From Nemertoderma westbladi (Eukaryota; Animalia; Xenacoelomorpha): a stretch of 34,064 nt of DNA. Below the pieces are notes generated by a model that saw nothing but the letters and a program-made list of their open reading frames with translations, was not told where the DNA came from and did not search any database. Location of the stretch: the NCBI GenBank assembly GCA_032718475.1, contig JAUCBJ010002957.1, positions 1 through 34,064 of the forward strand, written 5' to 3'. Every line of letters begins with the position of its first letter. Position 1 is the first letter of the stretch. The translations under genes and the position numbers were made by a program. Below, in pieces: positions 1-9,979 of this stretch.

Positions 1-227
1 GTAAGTGTTTTTTATGATTTTTCTTCCAAATATAATAAAAGGAATGGATGTTACTGGGTGGTTTAGTTTAAACTTATATACGAATACAAAAACTCCATCT
101 GATTCTCTATCATGTTACGTAAAGTCGAGGCCAGACCAGGCCGAAATACTGGCCTATAGCAATGCCACATAGAGTGTAGGGTGTGTGAGGTGGCACTCAA
201 CTGGGGTGGCGAACTCATCAAACAAAG

Positions 228-603
228 TCACACCTCTTCATCAAAGGGTCGCATTACGCGATTCCTGGTCTTCCCTGTGCAAATATTGTACAGATGTCCT
301 GAGACAACGAATACAAGTTCGATTAACTCGAATATTGACAGCAATGAGGCGCCAATAAACAGACCCATAATTCCCCCGAAATCCGGTATCATGTCATAAA
401 CCGTCGCGTACTTCTTATTCTCCTTGATGTGAGTGAATAAATTAGCCTCCAGATATATATCAATTTCAACAAGGTTATCTTTGAGGAGTTGCTGGTCTAA
501 CAAAGACATGGAGACGGTGTCATTATCGAGTCTCGCCTTTGTGTACTCCGCAGCCCACCTCGCTATAAAGGGGTCCTCGCAAACGCGAATATCTCGAGGA
601 TCC
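228..603 (-). CDS. DEG/ENaC channel, coding exon 3: TM2 with GAS selectivity filter, C-terminus
   Basis: Acceptor TTTTATTTCAG|G at 604/603 completes TC|G (Ser) in frame. Encodes KDNLVEIDIYL and DFGGIMGLFIGASLLSIFELIE, with stop TGA at 230-228. Spliced CDS 880+544+376=1800 nt. Confidence 0.95.
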
Positions 604-1060
604 CTGAAATAAAAACAGAATAAACAACGATGTAACATAGCTAGCAGCCGACAAGTTCAGCCTAATTAAAATACTTGTTACACAATTTAGATAGTACGAT
701 TGTTGTTACAGATGTGAAGGACGTAGCAAGGAGGTTGAATCCGCGCTTACGGTACTATTTTTAATTTTACGAAAAATAAGTAAATAGGTAAAGCTGTTTT
801 CGATAAATATAAGCAGCATTCAAGCTGAAATGAAAAATGACAAGGTCCTCCCTGCGGGGCTCAAGCTCAAACCAACGACCCACGGAAGCGGAGATAAAAA
901 TTCAAGCCAACGGATTGAAACATAAGGTGGAGCCACTCAGAAGAGCTGACTGTTCATGGCGCTGTTCATTTGCCGATTATACGCTAAAGGTTCGAGTTGA
1001 AATCTAGACACCCATTCAGATACAGATCAACTATATAAATTAGAACAAAAAACATTTACT

Positions 1061-1673
1061 GTGGGGCGAGACACGTAGTCGGCGAGCCTTTGCATACGGT
1101 TCATATAGGGCAAATGGGGCATGTCCGTCTGTCTGTCTGTCTGTCCGTCCGTCCGTCTGGTAAATGTTTGAACGCGAATTTCTCGGCATCGCTCGTTCGG
1201 AATTGAACCAAACTTAGTAGGTAAGTAGTAGAGAGAAAGTTTAGAAAGTTTGTAAAGTTTGGTGAAAAATCATGCAGTCTGACGTCAGCTACGACAGATT
1301 ATGTGGTTTTTAGAAAATGTTAAATTTCTCGGGAAGGCCTCATTTTCCTGAGCTGAAATTTTGGTGGCCTGTAGAGAATCATGAAGTCTATCTTTTACGA
1401 AATTGAAAAGTTAAGACATTTAATTGGGGATCCGCTAGAGACTCAGAAGTAATGACATAGGCCTACCGGTACGGTACTGCTGTACAGTGTTGCACTGGTA
1501 AGTACGAAATTGCAGAATAACAATTTGACACCACCTAGCGGATTAACATATGATTGTATATCGAATGAATACATTTATAGCATGGGATATTGGGTCCAAA
1601 CTAGACATGCCCCATTTGCTCTATATGAACCGTATGCCAAGGCTTGCCGACTACGTGCTGCGCGAAGTCCCCA
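1061..1673. mobile_element. Non-autonomous inverted-repeat element with GTCY microsatellite (Helentron/HINE/DINE-1-like or MITE)
   Basis: 54-bp inverted repeats at 1072-1125 and 1604-1657 (3 mismatches), with outer GTGGGG/CCCCAC. A (GTCT)n(GTCC)n tract follows the left repeat at ~1122-1159. Family assignment is inferred from this DINE-1-like architecture. Confidence 0.7.
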
Positions 1674-2080
1674 CGAACGTGTATAAAATGGCATATAATA
1701 CTGTGGATTTCCCTCAGGCATAATAATGTTCCTGGAAATCTGGTTCCATCTATGATTACGAGCTCCTCATGTTAACCGGGACGGGAATCCCCTTAGGACA
1801 TTGACATGTGAGATGGAAAGATCTATAGGAGACCAACATAACATATGTCAACATCGTAATGTCGAAAATATCCCAGAGGAAAGTACATCACTTAGCACCA
1901 AAATATATGCCGGCCGGGCATTTAAACTACAATACTATTAAATAGATATATTAAGCAGTCAGGTAAGAAAACGGCATCATATATCATATCTCATCATATT
2001 CTCATCAAATATGGAGACAGAGAGGGGCTTCACTGAATCCCATCTCGGAGAAATAATATCTCGTCTTAATGTAAAATTAT

Positions 2081-2190
2081 CAATTAAGGGAAAGGAGCAG
2101 CAGCTTCTACCAAAACAATAAACTAAAGTCAATAGAACAAGTTAAGATTTATTTTTGGAAGTAATCAGCTGTTATTACGTCGCTTTTTGC
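2081..2190 (+). mobile_element. Terminal fragment of a dispersed MITE-like family (copy 1 of 3)
   Basis: CAATTAAGGGAAAGGAGCAG...AAAACAATAAACTAAAGTCAA...GTAATCAGCTGTTATTACGTCG resembles 27885-27965 and 32566-32690. Confidence 0.55.
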
Positions 2191-3025
2191 CATTTCTTTT
2201 TTATAATGCGGCGGCTTAAACAAAAACGTATAAGTTCAGTTTTTGACCGTATTCTCGACCAACAGACATTTGAGAGCAATAAAAATCCTTTCGATCAGAC
2301 ACACGTTATATCACTACGTCCCTTTGTTGCGTCTTTATGCATAGAATAGAACCGTCTACACAAAGACAGAGCAAGGTATAGTACATATATGCGAAAGGTC
2401 AGCCTTACTGGACTACAGTATAAACAACGAAATGGGAGACTTTTTTAACTTTCAGACATCCTCTTGTTGAACTGATGCTGCCTACACAATGCCTGCTTCA
2501 ACTCGACGGCTTTACGTTCAACAAAGTTATTGGCATGTCAAAATCGAAACGACGACAAATACAATTACGGCGACGACATAAACAACAAATACGTTCCGGG
2601 GGGGGGGGGGGGGGGGGGGGGTTGTATAGATGTCCATCAAATATTATATGATTTCTTTGTTTATATATTAAAAGCAACACCAATTGGAGGGGATCGTGAC
2701 AGAGAGTAGAAAGAAAAATTATATTTGATCGTACAACTCTACCAAATAGTGTAGAGGGTTAGCGATATAAAAAGGTGAAATTGAGTAAAATGTGACAGAC
2801 GTGCCAATTATATTTGTAAGTCAATTAGTAAGCACCTTTGGGTATATAAATAACCAAACCCCCTTGCTCAAAAAAAATCGTACAATATTAACACTTTCAA
2901 TTTCATTTTTCTTTCCTTAGCAAAAAACCTTTACGTCAACAAGAACCGGTACTATTGGTGAAATTTTTCACAATATTGTGAAAGCAAACAGTAGTCCAAA
3001 GGTTATCTAAATTATGCACTTCTAC

Positions 3026-3329
3026 TACTATTTAAACGGAATCAGATTATTCGGGATCCCGTTTAAAGGGATCGGGATTGCAATTTTGGATTAAATTCCT
3101 TAAAGTTATTAGTTATATATGGCGGGTTTAGGGTATCACTCACTTTATCTTACACTTCTGAAATATTAGTAATGTAAAGTTATATTAAAATTATTTTGCA
3201 ATTGATTACTGGGTCGTTTACTGAAATAAAAATTCGATACAATCAAAACATTTCCGTTCGGCCGGAACTTATCAGATATTCGACAAATTTACTTCACTAT
3301 TTATACTTCGGGATCCCGTTTAAACACTA
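3026..3329. mobile_element. Decayed small MITE-like element (hAT-like termini)
   Basis: The left end TACTATTTAAACGGAATC is an imperfect inverse of the right end GATCCCGTTTAAACACTA. The 18-mer TTCGGGATCCCGTTTAAA occurs at 3050-3067 and 3307-3324. No clean TSD. Confidence 0.4.
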
Positions 3330-3469
3330 TCTACATAGTAACCGGTGCAACAGAGATTCGTCTAATCAAGTGGTAAAGCCACTCCAATTTTATGCGAAAT
3401 ATGTCTACTTAAAAAAAAGATAACAAATCATATGTCACAAAAAGCCAAGCATAATTTAAGTTAACTTAC

Positions 3470-4013
3470 GAGAAAGGAACGGATCTCAAGCCATCGATGC
3501 ATCCATATGGAACAACAAGTTTCTTTAAATTAGGTAGTTCACGAACGAGCGGCCCAGTCTGCACGAGTCTGGGGAAGGACGCGAGATTGACTCGAGGTTG
3601 GTAAGTGATCTCGTTGCACGGGATCTTACATGCGAGTTGGCAACGGGCCGCAATCTCGGCGTCTATCTCTTTATTGCAGGTCATAAAGAGTTTAGATTCG
3701 GTGATTTCGTCCTCATCCAGTCTCATCTTGACGAACTCGCAATGATTTTCCGAGTCGAAGAAGGTGCAGTTTGTGATACAATCCTCCTGGTAGTACAGAG
3801 GGTTGGGGTCGCAGGGGTTCGATCGAGTGTCCACTCGTTGCGTATAAGTTTTCATGATGCCGATGTGGGCCGAGGTTCCCGGGGCAACGTAGACCGAATC
3901 CTTTTTATCCGGAGCAGGTTTTTCGTCATGATCGTGGATAATTATGTTAAGGCTGGAAGACAGTGTTGTGTCGAGATAGTCGTAAGTTTGTAGATCCAAA
4001 ACAAGTCTAAGAC
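3470..4013 (-). CDS. DEG/ENaC channel, coding exon 2: beta-ball, Cys-rich thumb, start of knuckle
   Basis: Acceptor TTTACAG|GT at 4014/4013 restores G|GT-CTT-AGA, giving TGFYTGLRLVLDLQTYDY. Continues IIIHDHDEKP, VYVAPG and thumb Cys to CKIPCNEITY. Donor TC|GTAAGT (intron starts 3469). 544 nt, ends in phase 2. Confidence 0.95.
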
Positions 4014-6179
4014 CTGTAAAGTAGAGAAATGCTTCGATTTGAATCGTAAAAAATTAATTTATTTAATTAAACTTAAGTTAATCTAAGTCTTAAGTTAATT
4101 TAAGTTAAATAAAAATATCAATATATATTTCAGTTCCTATACAAGAAACCAGTGTGAGATTTTTAGACTTTTTAAGTTGTAATTATGTTACAAAATCCTA
4201 ATGGAAGAAGTGGTATACTAGCGGAAAGATGATGCTACTCTATTCGGGACCGTTTAGGTCTGCGGGAATAGCAGTTAACGCATTGTCAACGTGGGGAACC
4301 CAAAAACAGAACATCTGAAGGTTGCCGTGTGTGGGTATTCGTTATTTATGACACCTCTACTTATATACAATACAATGTAGCATTGCTAACAATCTCAAAA
4401 TCGAAACACAATCTGCACCTCATATAACAACAAAAAAGCGTCAAACCCATAAATCCACCCAACCATATTAGTAAACCATCAATAATTAACTTTATCTCCC
4501 TAAAAATATTCCTCTGATTGATTACTTATAGTTAACCTATAGCAGCAGAGAACAATATGACAAATAAATCAAATTACCATCTCGCGCTTCATTGCATAAT
4601 AGCTTGCTTTGGAACAACGTTTCCTACTTAACTGTAAACTAATCATATAAACACAGCCACTATAAGCTCACTTAACCAACGAGGATTTGTACATTCTTGG
4701 TAGTAACCGAAAATTATCAAAACCCATGTCGCATGACGCATGAGCATGGTTGCTTGGTCACTGCCATTGTGCTCAACCCATCTACGCCTCATGATAAAAT
4801 ACTTTTAACGATGAACGATCAGCCTTCAGAAAGGCAGTAAGTACCGAAAATAATGCAGTGTGAGGTGCAGCATAAGAAGCTCCCAGTGAAATGCACTGTA
4901 CTTAACTTTAGCGATACATAGGTGGCGGCTAAAGAACACTAGGGGGCATCATGTGTTACATGCAAACTTCTAGATCAGCTCCATCTGCCGTTCTAGAACA
5001 CCCACGATGAGCGACAACGCTGCGGGGGCGTTGGCATTGGGGTGCGAGGGTAGAATCAAGGCCACCTCCATTCCAGTAGTGGGATATAACAGATGGAAAA
5101 GTTTATCATCAACATAAACTCATGCGGGCCTTTTACTGTGATCAACTGGAGAAACTATCATATGCAACGAACATGTCGAGGGATAGCTATGGCATCAATA
5201 GTGGAAATAATGTGACTGAGGAAGGCAATGGTTTGTTTACTGAACGAACTGGGACTGATGACAAGGCCGTGCTGTTGGAGATACGAAAAGATGACACTGT
5301 GGTGTAAAGTTGTTCGTTGGGAACCTACTCTCAGTGAGAACATTGTCAAAGAGGAACTTGAGTCTCTAGTACACAGACAATGTCCATCTGTTACAAAAGG
5401 CCTGGGATTCGATCCTCAGGCTGAACAGCATCAGAAGCAAATCAAAAAGTCTGCATGATGACTGTTGTCTTGGTGATATTAGCATCAATAAGAGAATCTG
5501 ATGTTAGCAAAGTACCAGATCGATCTTCGGGAAAATCTATATGGTTACCAGTCTGGGGAAACGGAACTCTATGAAAGTCGCTATAAAATATGCCAAAAAT
5601 ACCCAAAATAATAATATATATGATATGATCTTACGATCTTAGCTTGGAGTTCCACCACAAGAAACTTCTTATATAGTTCTGGGCGACACTTTCCCTGTTG
5701 AATAAGCCAATCAAGGTGATATTGCTTATGAAGAGGTTGAAAAGTCATTCAAAATTATAAAGAATAATACAGCTAGTGTAGTAAATTAAGTGCCTTCATT
5801 GAAAGCTTTCAAAGACAAACATTGCCAAGATCTGAGATGTCCATCAAACTCAGGTGATGGTTTGCGAATACACAAGCTACCACATATATATATACTAGGC
5901 CTACATATATCATATACGTGCGTAAACGCACTCATGGGAATGGAATTGGAACGAATGTGTTGGAGTGCGGGGGGTAAACTACACCTACACCTACGCATAA
6001 TCCTACACATACGCCTACACACCTACTTTGTAAAGTAGTAGGTTACAGAAGCAGGTTGAAAGGAACCAAAACAATAATCGACAGTTAGTAATATTGTAGA
6101 AAACCTACTTTAATTGAGAATCAACAGCTTGATAATTAACCTTGCAGATGTAGAGACCTTCCACCTTACTGCGCATGTA

Positions 6180-6951
6180 TGTGTAGGTGTAGGTGTAGGC
6201 GTAGGTGTAGGTGTAGGTGTAGGTAGGTGTAGGTAGGTGTAGGTGTAGGTGTAGGTGTAGGTGTAGGTGTAGGTGTAGGTGTAGGCGTAGGTGTAGGTGT
6301 AGGTGTAGGTAGGTGTAGATGTAGGTGTAGGTGTAGGTGTACGTGTAGGTAGGTGTAGGTGTAGGTGTAGGTGTAGGTGTAGGTGTAGGTGTAGGTGTAG
6401 GTAGGTGTAGGTGTAGGTGTAGGTGTAGGTGTAGGTGTAGGTGTAGGTGTAGGTGTAGGTGTAGGTGTAGGTGTAGGTGTAGGTGTAGGTGTAGGTGTAG
6501 GTGTAGGTGTACGTGTAGGTAGGTGTAGGTGTAGGTGTAGGTGTAGGTGTAGGTGTAGGTGTAGGTGTAGGTGTAGGTGTACGTGTAGGTAGGTGTAGGT
6601 GTAGGTGTAGGTGTAGGTGTAGGTAGGTGTAGGTAGGTGTAGGTAGGTGTAGGTGTAGGTGTAGGTGTACGTGTAGGTAGGTGCAGGTGTAGGTAGGTGC
6701 AGGTGTAGGTAGGTGTAGGTGTAGGTGTAGGTGTAGGTGTACGTGTAGGTAGGTGTAGGTGTAGGTGTAGGTGTAGGTGTAGGTGTAGGTGTAGGTGTAG
6801 GTGTAGGTGTAGGTGTAGGTGTAGGTGTAGGTGTACGTGTAGGTAGGTGTAGGTGTAGGTGTAGGTGTAGGTGTAGGTGTAGGTGTAGGTGTAGGTGTAG
6901 GTGTAGGTGTAGGTGTAGGTGTAGGTGTCGGTAGGTGTAGGTGTAGGTGTA
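6180..6951. repeat. (GTAGGT)n hexamer microsatellite, ~770 bp
   Basis: Read directly, with interspersed 4-bp GTAG slips and GTACGT/GCAGGT variants. It is the source of the poly-TY/HL/PT ORFs. Confidence 0.97.
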
Positions 6952-7001
6952 GTAGTAGAAAGCCAATAGAACAGCACCAAATACAAAGTACCAATAGAAA
7001 G

Positions 7002-9978
7002 GTCAGGTCAGGTCAGGTATTCTAGGTCATTGATCGAGAAAACTTGCCACCTCCATGCAGCATAAAGGAGGTGCCACCTGTAGCTGCGTAGACTGGGGGA
7101 GAGGGATTCTGGAGTTTCTCTTTCTCTTTCACTTTCTCTTAGTGCAGTGGGTGTTCAAGAGCACCGAATGCAGACTGGACAGACTGATGAGGTTCTGATT
7201 AAGGACATGGGGGCGGTTGGCGACTCGCCCTCGCTTCAGCAGATGATAGTGGCAATGGTGGAATTGGTCTATTGATGAATCCAACTGCACATGCAGCATT
7301 GGACAAAATAGACCAAATCTCTAAACGCATCATCCGTTGCCACTTCTCATGTTCTGGAAGACTGGCTAAGAAATTTCCTAAGGTGGTTCTGATTGTGTGC
7401 TACTCTCCAACTAGTGTTGCCCCTGTAGAGGAGGTGGACAATTTCTACCAGAATCTACAAGCAGCTACTGGTGGAGTGGATCAGCATGCATTCTTAACAT
7501 TCCTGGGAACCTTTTATTGCAAGTCTGCATCAATCACCTACATCGGCTACATCGCCCTGGGTCTATAGCAATAGTGTTAACCGAAATTCCGTCCATCTTC
7601 AGGATTTTATCTCTGGAAATGAATTGTTTTCGGCTGGAACCCAGTTCAAGAAGCGAACTGGAAAGCTATGGACTCATAGTGGACCCAGTGGTCACAAGTC
7701 CCAGATAGACCATATCCTGTTTCGTAGGAAATACAGGAGCCTTATTGTGGCCAAGGTAAGACTTAGTCTGCGTGCTAGCAGAACAACGAAATCTGCCTTG
7801 CCGCGGCATGACTGGTCTTCTCTGTTGCAACAGCCAAGTGTGAGATCCAGCTTCACACTACAGCTGAGCCACAGGTATGAGGTTCTTGCCTCTGAGGCGG
7901 CAGATCACTGTGAGGGCTATACTGCCTTCACAGAGGCAGTTAAGTTAGCAGCTGCAGAAACAGTTCCTGTATACCCTCGAAACAGGAAACGGGCCCCCTG
8001 GACTGACAACAAAATTCAGAAGTGCCGAAATGACCTCTACAAGGCGCAGAAAGAGTCCCGACTCAAACAGGCTACAGCGGCCAAGAATACAGTTAAGGCT
8101 GCATCTAGGTCCCTGAACAGGCAGTACTCTGTTAATTTACAGGAGCTAATAAACCAACAGGTTGATGCCATGAATGATGCTGACGACAGCAGGCAATCAT
8201 CCCAGGCATGGAGATCGATCAACTTGCTTGATGGTCGAAAAAGCAAACCAACCACCAAGGTTAAGGTTGAATCACCAGCCGATCACCTCAATGGTTGGAA
8301 GGCCCACTTTGAAAAGCTCCTCAATAATGACAGGGTATTGCCTGATAACTTTATAGAAGTAAAAGTGTCTGAGTCTGTACTCCCAGATATTCCCATTGGT
8401 GATATCTCCTTTGCAGAAGTGAAGGCTGCTGCAAAGAGTATTAAGACCAATCGTGCCAGTGGAGTAGATGGTGTTCCACTTGAGGTCTTTAAAATACCTG
8501 AGTGTTTAAAGCTCATCTATCCCATCATAGTAGACATGTACCGAACAACAAGAGTCCCACTAGAAATGAAAACAAATAAGTTGGTGCCAGTTCCCAAGAA
8601 GGGCAACCTAACACTCTACGGTTCTTTTCGGGGAATCTCATTGATCCCGATTGCTGCAAAGCTATACAATATAATTATATTAAATCGCATCAGGGATCCC
8701 ATTGAGAGACTGCTCCGTGGAAATCAGAATGGGTTCCGTAAAGGTCGTGGGACCATGGAGTCCATTTTGGCACTTAGAAGGATAATTGAAGAGTTATCAA
8801 AAAAGAAAGTCAGGCATCTGGCTGTTATCTTTGTTGACTTCTTCAAGGCCTTTGATTCAGTCTCTCGCTCACGTATGCTCAGCATACTTTCATTATATGG
8901 GATTCCTGATGAAATTATTGCAGAAATCAGATCAGTATACGATGGTAAGACAACATTTGTGTCTACTGTTGACGGTGACACAGAACCATTTGAAGTGTTA
9001 TGGGGCGTCCTCCAGGGAGACACACTTGCACCATTCTTGTTCATAATTGTTGTTGACTATGTTCTACGCATGTCCTTAGATCATCATAATGATGATGGGG
9101 TGATGATAATTCCACCTACTCGCTCCAGAAGTCGAGAAAATCCTCCAAGTACCTAACTGAATTAGACTTTGCTGATGACTTAGGAGTACTCTCAGAATCA
9201 CTAGAGGGAGCCCAACGGCTCCTCAGCTCATTAGAACATGCTGCTTATAGTGTTGGTCTTTTTATTAACTCCAGAAAGACCAAAATTTTGACAGTTAACT
9301 TTGAAAGTCCTCAGCAAGTCTCTGATCGGATGAGCATAAGCTCAAAAGATGGTATGCTTGAGCATGTGGATGACTTCTGTTACCTGGGATCATGGATCCG
9401 GAAGTCAGGTGAGGACCTTCGAATACGTAAGGGAAAGGCATGGGCAGCCTTGAATAGGCTTTCCAGGATTTGGAAGTCACCGAGAATTAATCGGAAACTT
9501 AAGGTCCGATTATTTAGAGCACCAGTAGTTCCAGTACTCCTCTATGGGAGTCCATGCTGGGCTCTAACTGCTGAGGACACCAAATCTCTGGATGGCACAT
9601 TCACAAGAATGCTACGCCGGGTTCATTGTGTCAAGTACAATGCACACATCTCCCACCAGACACTATATAACATTGGAGGTGTCTCATTGGTTCCCCCAAG
9701 CTTGACACTAGAACAAAATCGCCTCCGCTTTGCAGGACATTGCTTTCGCCGTGAGGACCAGCCAGTGCATAATCTTGTACTTTGGCAGCCTCATGGAGTG
9801 AATAAGCATGGTGGACAGCACATGACTTTCTTGAGACGAATCTTAAAGGACACTGGCCTTGAAGATGCGGATGATCTAGCAAATGTCATGGGTAATAGGG
9901 AGTTGTGGTGGTGCAATTTTGTCGATAAGCCGGCACAGCATTCTTAAAAATGCAGCTGCAATGCAGCATGCCGATCCT
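7002..9978 (+). mobile_element. RTE-like non-LTR retrotransposon (APE endonuclease + RT), frameshifted, with 15-bp TSD
   Basis: EN remnants (AVGVQEHR ~7143, GGIGLLM, YSPT, SQIDHIL). RT motifs VPVPKKG, FRGISL, QNGFRKGR, FVDFFKAFDSV, GVLQGDTLAPFLF, LDFADDL (9168-9179), FCYLGS and VLLYGSPCW. AGTACCAATAGAAAG is duplicated exactly at 6987-7001 and 9979-9993. Confidence 0.92.
7143..9947 (+). pseudogene. Disrupted EN-RT ORF of the RTE-like element
   Basis: ORF-track pieces 7272-7568, 7624-9156 and 9288-9947 lie in different frames. A frameshift at ~9140-9150 falls just before FADD, and the EN catalytic SDH motif is missing after IDHILFRRKYRS. Confidence 0.88.
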
Positions 9979-9979
9979 A

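Larger units (their letters stand above)
604..3469 (-). other. 2.87-kb GT-AG intron of the DEG/ENaC gene
   Basis: GTAAGT donor, TTTCAG acceptor, phase-2 match. Confidence 0.88.

Noticed and set aside
1-6. GTAAGT at the window start as a donor of a plus-strand host gene (nested arrangement)
   Set aside because: A single hexamer with no visible upstream exon or matching plus-strand coding exon in the window.
2598-2621. Poly-G/poly-C runs (also 16402-16419 and ~33460-33475)
   Set aside because: Simple homopolymers of uncertain length with no further structure.
3598-3993. Antisense ORFs over channel exons (also 181-399, 26950-27144, 27413-27693)
   Set aside because: Shadow ORFs of genuine coding exons with no recognisable motifs.
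6105-6994. Three long minus-strand ORFs (poly-TY/HL/PT)
   Set aside because: Translation artefacts of the hexamer microsatellite.
7001-7018. Telomeric-type (TCAGG)n or (GTAGGT)n as interstitial telomere
   Set aside because: Only three TCAGG units, and GTAGGT is not a telomere motif I can vouch for. The organism is unknown.
7180-7215. Hammerhead ribozyme core (CTGATGAG plus a short stem)
   Set aside because: No GAAA follows stem II, and the sequence lies within endonuclease coding sequence (QTDEV).
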